Shown: positions 35,644-45,650 of the stretch, in pieces | Numbering within the stretch: position 1 is the first letter of the stretch | Layout: the number at the start of each line of letters is the position of its first letter | Assembly: GCA_002840305.1 (NCBI GenBank) | Contig: PHAI01000001.1 | Location: forward strand, 178,074 to 227,462 | Origin: Candidatus Falkowbacteria bacterium HGW-Falkowbacteria-1 | Lineage (GTDB): Bacteria; Patescibacteriota; Patescibacteriia; Patescibacteriales; UBA12465 | DNA length: 49,389 bases | Reading direction: 5' to 3' | Program-made: the position numbers and the translations under genes | Notes under the pieces: generated by a model | The model's input: the letters and a program-made list of their open reading frames with translations, nothing else | Told to the model about the DNA's origin: nothing | Database searches by the model: none

Positions 35644-36270
35644 ATGAACAATGACTTTAAGGATGACCTACGAGGTGATTCAAGCGATGACAATCAAAAC
35701 AGTTTTCAAGATAAATTACAAGATGAAAATATAAATGATTCTGATAATAATTTAAGTAATAATAAGACAGCAAAAAATGGCGAGGTATCAGAAAGTGAGG
35801 CGAATGAAAATGATGATGACAGTGTAGTTAATATGCTAAAGGAAGAAAATAAAATCTTAGAGAATAAATATAAAAGAGCATTAGCTGATTATCAAAATTT
35901 ATTAAAAAATTCAGCCGAAGAAAAACTAGAACTTTTAAAGTATTCGTTGGAAGGTTTTTTGCTGGAAATATTGCCTATTTATAGTAATTTGAATGCATCG
36001 ATCAGCAATTTAAGCGATGAACAGGCTAATAACCCCTGGGTAGAGGGAGTCAAGTATATCATCAAGCAATTCGATGAATTTTTTTCCAAAAATGATGTTT
36101 CGAAAATAAAAACTTTTGGTGAAAAATTTGATTATAACACCATGGAGGCTGTTGATGGGCAGGGAGACTATGTCGTTAAAGAACTTCGTCCTGGTTATAA
36201 ATTAAAGAATAAAACCATCATCGCGGCCGGGGTAGTAGTAGGAGATAGAATTGAAGATAAAAGCAACTAA
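35644..36270 (+). CDS. grpE: Nucleotide exchange factor GrpE
   Basis: KRALADYQN, GEKFD..MEAV, PGYKL; operon position. Confidence 0.92.
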   Translation: MNNDFKDDLRGDSSDDNQNSFQDKLQDENINDSDNNLSNNKTAKNGEVSESEANENDDDSVVNMLKEENKILENKYKRALADYQNLLKNSAEEKLELLKYSLEGFLLEILPIYSNLNASISNLSDEQANNPWVEGVKYIIKQFDEFFSKNDVSKIKTFGEKFDYNTMEAVDGQGDYVVKELRPGYKLKNKTIIAAGVVVGDRIEDKSN

Positions 36271-36299
36271 TATAAATTAAAATTATTTGTAAATATTTT

Positions 36300-36344
36300 T
36301 CTTTCTTCATCTATAATTTGTAAAAAATTATTTTGAAGAAAGGA
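36300..36344 (+). promoter_or_regulatory. Hairpin sequestering the hsp20 Shine-Dalgarno-like sequence (candidate RNA thermometer)
   Basis: TCTTTCTTCA pairs with TGAAGAAAGG; inner stem ATAATTT/AAATTAT. Confidence 0.5.
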
Positions 36345-36355
36345 CGTTTGAATAT

Positions 36356-36790
36356 ATGTCTCTTATAAAATGGAGCCCCTTTCTAAGTGATAACTATTTT
36401 GACGAGATGGACAAAATGGTTGGTGAATTTTCACCTTCGTCTCGTTCGATTTCTGGTTTTGTGCCAGCGGTTGATATGTATGAAGATAAAGATAATGTCA
36501 TTATTGAAACTCAATTAGCCGGTATAGATCCTGAAAAAGTTGATATTTCAATTGAAAATGACGTTTTATCTATCAAGGGCGAAGGAGAAAGAAAAACAGA
36601 GGTTGAAGAAAAAAATTACTACAGAAAAGAAATTAGGAGAGGAAGTTTTTATCGATCAGTTCCTCTTCCAACTAGAGTTTTGGGCGATAAGGCTTCGGCG
36701 ATAGCTGAAGGTGGAATATTAAAAATAAGCATTCCGAAAGCTCCTGAAACCAAACCAAAATCGATAAAAATTGAAACAAGCAAAAAATAA
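36356..36790 (+). CDS. Small heat-shock protein, Hsp20/alpha-crystallin family
   Basis: PAVDMYE, LSIKGE, EIRRGSFYRSVPLP, GILKISIPK. Confidence 0.95.
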   Translation: MSLIKWSPFLSDNYFDEMDKMVGEFSPSSRSISGFVPAVDMYEDKDNVIIETQLAGIDPEKVDISIENDVLSIKGEGERKTEVEEKNYYRKEIRRGSFYRSVPLPTRVLGDKASAIAEGGILKISIPKAPETKPKSIKIETSKK

Positions 36791-36889
36791 TTTATAATTT
36801 AATTAAAATAATAAAGTATTAGAAATTTAAAATAATTAGTAAAATTTACAGTTGAGCGCTATTTAGCCTTGACCGTTATACAAAAAAAT

Positions 36890-38806
36890 ATGGGAAAAGT
36901 ATTAGGAATTGATTTGGGTACTACCAACTGCGCCATGGCCATTATTGAAGGTGGCCAGGCTAAAATTTTAGAAAATGCCGAAGGAAATAGAACTACTCCA
37001 TCTGTTGTGGCTATTTCTAAGAGTGGGGAGAGATTAGTCGGCCAATCAGCTAAAAGACAAGCAGTTACCAATCCAAAAAACACGGTTCATTCCGTTAAAC
37101 GTTTAATTGGTAGAAAGTTTGGTGATTCAGAGGTTAAAAGAGACATCGAGCTTGTTTCTTATGAGATAGTTCAATCTGGCGAAGGCGTTAAAGTGAGGAT
37201 GAACGATAAGGATTATACTCCACAAGAAATTTCGGCTATGATTTTGTCAAAATTAAAGGCCGATGCTGAAGCAAAAATTGGAGAAAAAATTACTGAAGCG
37301 GTTATTACTGTTCCGGCTTATTTTGATGATGCTCAAAGACAGGCCACTAAAGATGCTGGCAAGATTGCTGATTTAGATGTTAAAAGAATTATAAACGAGC
37401 CAACAGCAGCAGCTTTGGCTTATGGTTTTGACAAGAAAAAGGGGCAACAAGCTGTTGTTTATGATCTAGGTGGCGGGACCTTTGACGTTTCAGTGTTAGA
37501 CATTGTTTCCGATGGAGAATTATCAGTTGAAGTAAAAGCTACGAATGGTGATACTCATTTAGGTGGAGAGGATTTTGATCAAAGAATTATTGATTATATA
37601 ATTTCCGAATTCAAGAAAGATCAAGCGATTGATTTATCAAACGATCCTTTGGCGCTACAAAGAATTAAAGAATCAGCTGAAAAGGCCAAGATAGAATTAT
37701 CAACTGCCATGGAGACTGAAGTTAATCAGCCTTTTATAACAACCGATGCTAATGGTCCTAAACATTTAGTTCTAAAAATTAGCAGATCAAAATTAGAGGA
37801 ATTAGTTGTTGATTTAGTGGATAGAACCTTAGAGCCTTGCAAAAAGGCTTTGAGCGATGCTGGTTTAAAAATTGGTGATATAGAAGAGATCATAATGGTT
37901 GGTGGTATGACTCGAATGCCTTTAGTTCAGAAAAAGGTAAAAGAATTTTTTGGCAAGGAACCCAATTTGAGTGTTAACCCTGATGAAGTTGTAGCTGTTG
38001 GGGCCGCTGTTCAAGCTGGAGTTTTACAAGGAGACGTTAAAGATGTTTTACTTTTGGATGTAACTCCCTTAACCCTAGGCATTGAAACCTTGGGTGGTGT
38101 TGCTACCTCTTTGATTGAGAGAAATACAACAATCCCAACGTCAAAATCACAGGTTTTTTCAACTGCCGCTGATAATCAACCAAGTGTTGAAATTCATATA
38201 GTTCAAGGCGAGAGACCGATGGCTTCTGACAACAAAACTCTAGGTCGCTTTATTCTTGATGGTATACCACCAGCACCTCGCGGAGTGCCTCAAGTTGAAG
38301 TTTCCTTTGATCTTGATGCTAATGGTATCTTAAATGTAATAGCTAAAGATAAGGCTACAAATAAAGAACAAAAAATAACTATTACTGCTTCTTCTGGATT
38401 AAGCAAGGAAGAGATAGAAAAAATGAAACAAGAGGCCGAAATTCATGCCGAAGAAGATAAAAAGAAGAAAGATGATATTGAAATAAAGAATCAAGCCGAG
38501 GCCGTAGTTTTTACAACCGAGAAGTTATTAAAAGAATCTGGCGATAAAATGAAAGAAGAAGATAAAAAGAATTTGGAGGAAAAATTAGAAGAACTAAAGA
38601 AGGTAAAAGATTCTGATCAATATGATGACATGAAGAAGAAAATGGAAGAATTGAACGAGATTGCTCAAAAAATTGGTACAGCTATGTATCAAAATCAAGC
38701 CAATCAAACAAATTCAGCAAATCAGACTAATCCTTCGGAAGAACAAAAACCAGAAGATAAAAAAGAGGACGAGGTCGTTGAGGGGGAAGTAGAAGAGAAA
38801 AAATAA
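36890..38806 (+). CDS. dnaK: Chaperone DnaK
   Basis: [25 protein letters not shown] at 36890. Confidence 0.98.
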   Translation: MGKVLGIDLGTTNCAMAIIEGGQAKILENAEGNRTTPSVVAISKSGERLVGQSAKRQAVTNPKNTVHSVKRLIGRKFGDSEVKRDIELVSYEIVQSGEGVKVRMNDKDYTPQEISAMILSKLKADAEAKIGEKITEAVITVPAYFDDAQRQATKDAGKIADLDVKRIINEPTAAALAYGFDKKKGQQAVVYDLGGGTFDVSVLDIVSDGELSVEVKATNGDTHLGGEDFDQRIIDYIISEFKKDQAIDLSNDPLALQRIKESAEKAKIELSTAMETEVNQPFITTDANGPKHLVLKISRSKLEELVVDLVDRTLEPCKKALSDAGLKIGDIEEIIMVGGMTRMPLVQKKVKEFFGKEPNLSVNPDEVVAVGAAVQAGVLQGDVKDVLLLDVTPLTLGIETLGGVATSLIERNTTIPTSKSQVFSTAADNQPSVEIHIVQGERPMASDNKTLGRFILDGIPPAPRGVPQVEVSFDLDANGILNVIAKDKATNKEQKITITASSGLSKEEIEKMKQEAEIHAEEDKKKKDDIEIKNQAEAVVFTTEKLLKESGDKMKEEDKKNLEEKLEELKKVKDSDQYDDMKKKMEELNEIAQKIGTAMYQNQANQTNSANQTNPSEEQKPEDKKEDEVVEGEVEEKK

Positions 38807-38816
38807 TTTATTATTT

Positions 38817-38881
38817 TTGTCATTCCCGCCGCCCTTGTCATCAGTGTCACGCTTGTCATTCCCGCGTAGGCGGGAATCCAG
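38817..38881. repeat. REP/dRS3-like palindromic element with truncated tandem copies
   Basis: GTCATTCCCGCGTAGGCGGGAATCCAG at 38855-38881 (ATTCCC-N8-GGGAAT); TTGTCATTCCCGC also at 38817; TGTCA occurs four times. Confidence 0.8.
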
Positions 38882-38946
38882 CGGAAACCCATTCGTTGTT
38901 ATTTTATTTATTCGCATTTATTTTGTTTGGTTTTTTATTTTTTATT

Positions 38947-38991
38947 ATCCCAAGAATCTTAAGGGCCTCAAGAATCCCAAGAATCTTATGT
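38947..38991. repeat. Five degenerate 9-bp tandem units
   Basis: atcccaaga atcttaagg gcctcaaga atcccaaga atcttatgt. Confidence 0.75.
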
Positions 38992-39002
38992 TTTTTTAAT
39001 TT

Positions 39003-40088
39003 ATGTCTAAAGATTATTATAGTGTACTTGGCGTTCCAAAAACAGCCAGTCAGGCTGAAGTAAAAACAGCTTTTAGAAAGTTGGCCCACAAGCATCATCC
39101 TGATAAAGGAGGAGATGCTAATAAATTCAAAGAATTAAACGAAGCTTATCAAGTATTGGGTAACGAACAAAAAAGAAAACAATATGATCAGTTTGGTTCT
39201 TCGGCTTTCTCTGGCGGTGGCGGGTCTGGTGGTTTTGATTTTTCTGGCTTTCAACAGGGAGGTTTTTCTGGCGGAGGGATGGACTTTGAAGACTTAGGAG
39301 ATATTTTTGGTGGTCTAGGCGATATGTTCGGCTTTTCTTCAGGGAGATCAGATAGAGGGGGAACAAACAGAAGAGGTTCTGATATGGAAGCAATTTTAAG
39401 TATTGATTTTCTAGAAGCTGTTTTTGGCGTGACCAAAGAAATTTTATTAGAGAAGAATGTTGTATGTTCAAAGTGCAATGGAAATGGCGCTGAACCGGGA
39501 GCAAAGATAGAAACATGTAAAACTTGTAACGGAAAAGGAAGGGTTTTAAAGACGCAAAGAACTATCTTTGGGGCTATGCAAGTTGAAGCGGTGTGCCAGG
39601 ATTGTCAAGGAGAAGGAAGGACGTATACTGAAAAATGTTCAAAATGTAATGGAATTGGCATCCATAAAGGTGAAGAAAAAATAAAAGTTAAAGTTCCTGC
39701 CGGGATAGACAACGGTGAGGCGATTAGACTCACGGGCAAAGGTAATGCCGGAATGAACGGATCTGCTAGCGGTGATTTCATACTTAGAATAAGAGTAAAT
39801 CCTTCTAAAGACTTTAGAAGAGACCTCTACAATATTCATACTAAGGAGACCATAAGTGTCAGACAAGCAATTTTGGGTGATAAAATCAACGTTAAAACTA
39901 TTCATGGAGATATTATTTTGAAAGTTCCAGAAGGGACTCAATCGGGGACAATTTTCAAGCTCAAAGGAAAGGGAGTAAAAAAATTGAGAGGAGGCGGAGA
40001 AGGGGACCATTTTGTGGAGCTTACCGTTAACATTCCTAAAACAATTTCTCGCAAAGACAAGAAGGTTTTAGAAGATTTAGATATATAA
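39003..40088 (+). CDS. dnaJ: Chaperone DnaJ
   Basis: HPD motif, G/F region, four CxxCxGxG repeats. Confidence 0.98.
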   Translation: MSKDYYSVLGVPKTASQAEVKTAFRKLAHKHHPDKGGDANKFKELNEAYQVLGNEQKRKQYDQFGSSAFSGGGGSGGFDFSGFQQGGFSGGGMDFEDLGDIFGGLGDMFGFSSGRSDRGGTNRRGSDMEAILSIDFLEAVFGVTKEILLEKNVVCSKCNGNGAEPGAKIETCKTCNGKGRVLKTQRTIFGAMQVEAVCQDCQGEGRTYTEKCSKCNGIGIHKGEEKIKVKVPAGIDNGEAIRLTGKGNAGMNGSASGDFILRIRVNPSKDFRRDLYNIHTKETISVRQAILGDKINVKTIHGDIILKVPEGTQSGTIFKLKGKGVKKLRGGGEGDHFVELTVNIPKTISRKDKKVLEDLDI

Positions 40089-40092
40089 ATTT

Positions 40093-40941
40093 ATGTTTAT
40101 CGATACTCATTGCCATCTAAATTTTAAGGATTTCAAGGATGATTATTATCAGGTTGCAAAGAGAGCTCTTGACGATCAAGTAGAAATGATCGTAGTTGGT
40201 TCTGAGGTTAAAACTTCTCAGAGAGCAGTAGATTTGCTTGATGAATTTGGAAAAGGTGTTTATGCCGCTGTTGGTCTTCATCCTATACATCTGCAAGATA
40301 TATTAGTTAAAAACAATAATGAAAATGGTAAATACGAATTTAGAAGTAAAAAAGAAGACTATTCAGAGGAAGATTATTTTAATTTAGCTAAGAGCAACAA
40401 AAGAGTTGTTGCCATTGGTGAAATTGGTCTTGATTATTATCATATTGGAAGCGATGTGGACTCAGAAATAAAAAAAATAAAGAATTTACAACAGGAAGTT
40501 TTTTATAGACAATTGGAGCTATCAAAGAAGCTTGATCTCCCGGCTATTGTTCATTGTCGGGAAGCTCACGATGATCTTTTTCCCATCTTACAGGATTTTT
40601 ATAAAAGAAATAGTTTTAAAAAAGAATGGGGAGTTATTCATTGTTTTTCTGGTGATTATGATTTGGCTAAAAAATATTTCGAAATTGGTTTAAAAATATC
40701 ATTTACTGGGCTTGTGACTTTTGTTAAGGATTGGGATGAGGTAATTAAAAAATCGCCACTTCAAAAAATAATGATAGAAACTGATTCTCCTTATTTATCG
40801 CCGGAACCACACAGGGGCAAGAGAAATGAGCCAATTTATGTCAAGGAAGTGGCTAAAAAAATTGCCAATATCAAAGCATTGGATTTTTTTACTGTAGAAA
40901 ATGAGCTGTATCAACAATCCAAGACTTTTTTTAGTTTATAA
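40093..40941 (+). CDS. tatD: TatD family DNase
   Basis: IDTHCHL, GLHP, IGEIGLDY, HCR, HCFSG, ETDSPY. Confidence 0.95.
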   Translation: MFIDTHCHLNFKDFKDDYYQVAKRALDDQVEMIVVGSEVKTSQRAVDLLDEFGKGVYAAVGLHPIHLQDILVKNNNENGKYEFRSKKEDYSEEDYFNLAKSNKRVVAIGEIGLDYYHIGSDVDSEIKKIKNLQQEVFYRQLELSKKLDLPAIVHCREAHDDLFPILQDFYKRNSFKKEWGVIHCFSGDYDLAKKYFEIGLKISFTGLVTFVKDWDEVIKKSPLQKIMIETDSPYLSPEPHRGKRNEPIYVKEVAKKIANIKALDFFTVENELYQQSKTFFSL

Positions 40942-41088
40942 GATAAACTTTAAAGACATTCTTTGACGAGAGAGCTTTTATTGCTACTAGCTCTTTTTTG
41001 TTTGATTATTTTTTATTTTTATTGTAAAATAAGAGTACAGCTTAAGAGCCTTTATTATTAACGCCTCTTTTAAGGTTTGGCAAAAAAT

Positions 41089-41580
41089 ATGAAGAAACAA
41101 TTACTATTTTTGTTTTTGGTTTTTAGTTTAATGTTTTTTTCGGCTTGTTCTTTATTTAAAAAAACTGAAAAAATAAATAATACTAATATTACAGAAAAAA
41201 CTTCTTGCGACATTCTTTGTTTGTCGACTACTGATTCTTGCTCGACGATATCTTACGATTTGTGCTCAAAGCTTTGTCCAAACTGGGATGATGGTCAAAA
41301 AAAATGTGTTCAAAACTCCAGCAGTTGTGATGCTTTTTATGATGATTGCCAGATAGAAAAAGACTTTGTTTTTGAACCAGTTTTGGATGATGATTGTTCT
41401 TTTTCTTGCAACAACTATATAGAAAAATGTAATATACAAGCTGAAAGGTCCAAGGACGTTAACGATCAAAATATTTTTGACGATTGCTTATCTCAGTGTA
41501 GCGAGTGGACCCCAGAACAATCTAAATGTATAAAAGAAGCAGAATTTTGTACCGATATTATGATGGAGTGTGGTTCTTAA
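41089..41580 (+). CDS. Cys-rich lipoprotein with two 8-Cys repeats
   Basis: Lipobox-like FSAC; two CxxxC..C..CxxxCxxW...QxxC..C..C units; ATG 41089 preferred. Confidence 0.8.
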   Translation: MKKQLLFLFLVFSLMFFSACSLFKKTEKINNTNITEKTSCDILCLSTTDSCSTISYDLCSKLCPNWDDGQKKCVQNSSSCDAFYDDCQIEKDFVFEPVLDDDCSFSCNNYIEKCNIQAERSKDVNDQNIFDDCLSQCSEWTPEQSKCIKEAEFCTDIMMECGS

Positions 41581-41592
41581 TTATTCGTTTTT

Positions 41593-42366
41593 TTAACCAT
41601 GTGCTAATACCAGCCCCCATATTTCCAGTGGCTGGTATTTTTTTATTTCTTTGCTAAGTTCTTCGATTGTTGATCCACTTGTTGCTACGTCGTCTATAAT
41701 TATTATTTTTTTGTTTTGTATAATTTTGAGAGAATTATTCTTATCTCTTATTTCAAAGCAGTTTTCCAAATTGGTTTTTCTTTCTATCTTTTTCAATTTT
41801 GATTGAGACTTAGTGTTTCTTTTTCTGTTCAATTTATTAAAGATTGGAATTTTGCTTTTTTTGCTAATAATTTCGGCCAAGACTTCGCTCTGGTTAAAAC
41901 CCCTCCATTTTTGTCTTTTTGTTGACAGGGGAATTGCCATAATGAGACTATTTTTTTTATTGAAACCATCGTCAGTTTCGTGTTCGAATATTGGATTTAT
42001 CCATATATTATTTTCAAAAAAATTAAATAAAAATTGGCCTAAAAATTGGCCTATCTCTTTTATGAGATTATATTTGAATGATTTAATTAATTTTGATAAT
42101 TTTTTGTCATTAAAGTCACCAGCCACCATTATTCCCTGGTAACTAAAATATTTTTTACAGTTTTGGCAAAATTCACCATTTTTATTTTTTATTCCACAAT
42201 TTGGGCAAGATTGCGCTTTGAATGTTAATGACTTGAAACATTTATAGCACAAGTAATCATTTCCAAATTCTTGGCATATTAAACATTTTCTAGCAAATAG
42301 CAAGTCTAAGAAGATAATCAAAACCTTCCTTATTTTTTTTATCATTTTTGAGCATTTTTGGGGCAA
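41593..42366 (-). CDS. comF: ComF family competence protein (zinc ribbon plus PRTase)
   Basis: Four CxxC motifs, RGFNQS, IIDDVATSGST. Confidence 0.93.
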   Translation of the reverse strand: MPQKCSKMIKKIRKVLIIFLDLLFARKCLICQEFGNDYLCYKCFKSLTFKAQSCPNCGIKNKNGEFCQNCKKYFSYQGIMVAGDFNDKKLSKLIKSFKYNLIKEIGQFLGQFLFNFFENNIWINPIFEHETDDGFNKKNSLIMAIPLSTKRQKWRGFNQSEVLAEIISKKSKIPIFNKLNRKRNTKSQSKLKKIERKTNLENCFEIRDKNNSLKIIQNKKIIIIDDVATSGSTIEELSKEIKKYQPLEIWGLVLAHG

Positions 42367-42373
42367 TGCTTTT

Positions 42374-43642
42374 TTAGTTTTGAAGATTAATTTTATGTAT
42401 CTGTTCGTCGATTTGATCCGTAAAGAATAAATTCGACTGGTCTTTGTTTACAATTATTGAAGAGATGTTGTAAGCTTGGTCTGGTATGGCTATTAGGGTT
42501 TTTTGACCAGTTTCAATGTTTATTTTGTATAAATCATCTGATGTTCTTAGCGCTAGCTCTGGAAACATTCCGGCCATTGATTCAAGGCTTTTGGGCACTG
42601 CGCAATAAACTTCTGTATTACTAGCAAAAGTACATTTATCGGCCCATGTTTCAAGTTGCAGGCTTCTTCTGTTTTTACCTATATCATCACCACTAGCGTT
42701 GACTATCCATAACTTTGGCTTTAGATCATCTTTTGGTGAATAAACACTGTATAGTAGTTTGTCTCCATTCTTTGACCATTGAGGCTGGAATCCCCAACCT
42801 TCAACTATTGTTGATTTAAAATTTTGTCCATATTCTCCTATAAAGAAAACCTCTCTTCTTTCGGCGTCCACTCCTTCGGTATACATTCCTACTGATTGGT
42901 TATTCGGGGACCAAGATGGAATAACCCATCTGTCATTTTCGCCTATACTTTCTAAGACTTTAGTTTGGGATCCGTCACTGTTTGAAATAACTAGCCACCT
43001 ATTATCTGGGTCTATTCCCAAACTTTTGTTTACTAGTTTTTCGCTATCCGAAGAAAAAGTAAAATCTTCCCAATGTTTTGGCAATGTTACTTGTTTGTTG
43101 GTTGTAAAATCGTAAATTATTTTTGTTTGGTCGGGGTATTCTATAACCGCCTTTGTTTTGTTTGGAGCCCATTCTACGTCAGAAACATTGAAAAAAGACT
43201 TATCGCTCAGGGGAATAAGATCTCCCTCGTCATTTACCATATAAAATTTATTGTCATCTTTGTTGTAAAACTGAACCGCCCCTCCGTCTTTGCTTGGTGT
43301 TGGATTTAGAGAGTGTGATTTTACTATAGTGGTTGTTTCTGTGATTCCGCCAATGGCTATTTTACTGATTCCTTCGGTTTCTTTTTCCTGGGTGCCTTGG
43401 GGGCTTAGTGGGGTATCTTCTCCTGGCTTTATAGTTCCTGGCTCTGTGCTGTCAGTTATTATAGGCGTTCCATCAGGAGAACTTGGCAGGCCGTCAGTAA
43501 TTGAACTTCCAGGGCCTTCTGGTTCTCCGGGAAGAATAGACGTTTGTTGGAAGAATAATCTCCACACCAAAAAGCCTATAAATAACACCACTATAACGAA
43601 GCCTATTATCATTATGATTTTCTTGATTTTGTTCTTTTCCAT
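42374..43642 (-). CDS. Membrane-anchored beta-propeller (TolB/WD40-like) protein
   Basis: N-terminal TM helix, P/G/T linker, repeated W[SA]P[ND]/FSSD/WSKNG blade ends. Confidence 0.75.
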   Translation of the reverse strand: MEKNKIKKIIMIIGFVIVVLFIGFLVWRLFFQQTSILPGEPEGPGSSITDGLPSSPDGTPIITDSTEPGTIKPGEDTPLSPQGTQEKETEGISKIAIGGITETTTIVKSHSLNPTPSKDGGAVQFYNKDDNKFYMVNDEGDLIPLSDKSFFNVSDVEWAPNKTKAVIEYPDQTKIIYDFTTNKQVTLPKHWEDFTFSSDSEKLVNKSLGIDPDNRWLVISNSDGSQTKVLESIGENDRWVIPSWSPNNQSVGMYTEGVDAERREVFFIGEYGQNFKSTIVEGWGFQPQWSKNGDKLLYSVYSPKDDLKPKLWIVNASGDDIGKNRRSLQLETWADKCTFASNTEVYCAVPKSLESMAGMFPELALRTSDDLYKINIETGQKTLIAIPDQAYNISSIIVNKDQSNLFFTDQIDEQIHKINLQN

Positions 43643-43653
43643 TTTTTATTTTT

Positions 43654-43686
43654 ATGTTATAATAATAGCGAGTATTATTGTAACAT
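43654..43686. promoter_or_regulatory. 14-bp inverted repeat formed by two facing extended -10 elements
   Basis: ATGTTATAATAATA-gcgag-TATTATTGTAACAT (13/14 match). Confidence 0.55.
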
Positions 43687-43797
43687 CTATTTATTTTGTT
43701 TATTTAATATTGTTGCTCAAACTGTAGCATATTTTTTAAACAAAATCAATTTATTTTTTTAAATAAAATTTTGAATTTTTAATATAATTTGAAAATT

Positions 43798-44844
43798 ATG
43801 GGAATATTTTCATCTTCAAATGATAATCATTTTTTGGGAATAGACATCGGAAACTCTTCTTTAAAAATGGTGGAATTACTAAAAAAAGGTAAAAAAATAT
43901 CATTGTCCAATTATGGCTTCTCAGAAAATATAGAGGGGGCAGATTTTACTTATTCGGATGATGTGGCTTTTTTGGCAAAGTCTATTGTTAAATTAAAAAA
44001 TGACTTAGGCATAAAAACAACCAGGGCCAATGCCTCTCTTCCTAGTTGGTCTGTTTTTTCTTCGGTTATAAATCTTTACAATTTTGATAAGAAAAAGATA
44101 AATGAACAAATTGTGGAAGAGGCAAAAAAAGTCATTCCATTGCCATTGGAAGAAATGGTCTTAGACTGGAAGGTTATTCCAAACAAGAAAAACAATAAGA
44201 ACAACGTAAAGGTTTTTTTAACTGGCTCTCCAAAAAAATTAATCAAGAAGTATATAGACGTTTTTAAAGAAGCAAAAATAACATTGGCCAATTTAGAAAC
44301 AGAGACCTTCTCTTTGATAAGGTCTCTACTGGGAAATGATTCGTCAACGGTAATGATAGTCGAAATGGGCGAAAATAGTACTGATTTTTCTATAGTTAAG
44401 GAAAGTATTCCTTTTCTAAATAGGAGCATAAACGTATCCGGCAGAACAATAAGTGAAGGAATAGGTGCTAAAATGGGGATAAACCTAGAGCAGTCTGAAC
44501 AATTTAAATTTGATCTTGGTATTTCAAACGAAAATAAAAAAGCCGAGATCCCAAAGTTTATAGTTGATGCTGTAAGCCCAATAGTTAACGAAATAAAGTA
44601 CATGGTAGACCTTTATTATAATGGTAATAATGATAGTATCGAGAAAATAGTCTTGTCTGGTGGCGGTTGTCTTTTGTATAACTTCGCCGAGCACTTAGAG
44701 TCAGTTTTAAATATGAAAGTAATTATCGGCAACCCTTGGTTTAAGGTTTCACATCCTTTAGAGTTGGAACCAGTTTTGTATGAAACTGGGCCTAAATTGT
44801 CGGCCGCGATTGGTCTAGCTTTGAGAGGAGCTGATAAAAATTAA
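43798..44844 (+). CDS. pilM: Type IV pilus assembly protein PilM
   Basis: LGIDIGNSSLKMVEL, IPLPLEEMVLDW, LSGGG, NPW, AAIGLALR. Confidence 0.93.
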   Translation: MGIFSSSNDNHFLGIDIGNSSLKMVELLKKGKKISLSNYGFSENIEGADFTYSDDVAFLAKSIVKLKNDLGIKTTRANASLPSWSVFSSVINLYNFDKKKINEQIVEEAKKVIPLPLEEMVLDWKVIPNKKNNKNNVKVFLTGSPKKLIKKYIDVFKEAKITLANLETETFSLIRSLLGNDSSTVMIVEMGENSTDFSIVKESIPFLNRSINVSGRTISEGIGAKMGINLEQSEQFKFDLGISNENKKAEIPKFIVDAVSPIVNEIKYMVDLYYNGNNDSIEKIVLSGGGCLLYNFAEHLESVLNMKVIIGNPWFKVSHPLELEPVLYETGPKLSAAIGLALRGADKN

Positions 44845-44856
44845 TTAATTTTATAT

Positions 44857-45633
44857 ATGCCAATAGAAATTAAAAAAACGAATAATAATCAAGACAAGAA
44901 AGGAGAAAAGAAAGATGATAAAAAAGAATTGGCCGAATCAAAGAAAGAGGATCAAGCAAAAAAAATTTCATTTTTTGAAAAAATAAAAAAAATATTTTCT
45001 TCTTTAAACGAAAAAAATGATGATTACGACATTGGCGACGATGATAAAATTGATCATTTGCAACTTTTAGAAAGTGATCTTATAAAAGGTGAGGTCCCAA
45101 TTGTTTTTGAATTTCGTAGACATTTAATTGCTTTTTTTGCCCTTCTTTTGATTTCCTTTGTTTTAATTATGGAGGTATATTTTTTGCTTTCTTGGTGGGA
45201 AAAAAACAAAAGTTTAGAGAACTCTTATTATCTTCAAGATGAAATATCGGCCGTTAATCGCGAAAAAAAGGAATTGGAGCAAGAGTACAACGAGGCTTTC
45301 AATTTTAAAAATAAGATGAATACATCTTTTTCTGTTTTAGACGATCATGTATACTGGAGTAACTTTTTCTTATTTTTAGAGCAAAATACGTTAAAAAATG
45401 TTTATTTTAAGAACTTCTCCGGTGATATTTCTGGTTCTTACATTTTACCAGCGGTGACCGATGATGTTAGGGCTGTTAGTTATCAGTCCAAATATTTCTC
45501 GGCCGATCGAAGAACCTCATCCGTGGCTATATCGGATGAAGAAATTGGAGTTGGTGGTTTAAGCACTGAATCGGGCTTTGTAAATTTTAACATTAATTTA
45601 AATTTGAATCCTAGAACGTTTAATGATTTATAA
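44857..45633 (+). CDS. PilN-like protein
   Basis: Single TM, coiled coil, HVYWSNFF..LE; directly follows pilM. Confidence 0.7.
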   Translation: MPIEIKKTNNNQDKKGEKKDDKKELAESKKEDQAKKISFFEKIKKIFSSLNEKNDDYDIGDDDKIDHLQLLESDLIKGEVPIVFEFRRHLIAFFALLLISFVLIMEVYFLLSWWEKNKSLENSYYLQDEISAVNREKKELEQEYNEAFNFKNKMNTSFSVLDDHVYWSNFFLFLEQNTLKNVYFKNFSGDISGSYILPAVTDDVRAVSYQSKYFSADRRTSSVAISDEEIGVGGLSTESGFVNFNINLNLNPRTFNDL

Positions 45634-45650
45634 AATTTACTTATAAAATT

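Noticed and set aside
38714..39098. Short ORFs 38714-38917(-), 38817-38999(+) and 38904-39098(-)
   Set aside because: Translations of the palindromic and 9-bp repeats (e.g. LDSRLRGND), partly overlapping dnaK or dnaJ; not credible genes
40968..41000. Terminator after tatD
   Set aside because: Only a short AGAGCT/AGCTCT stem with a long loop; too weak to call
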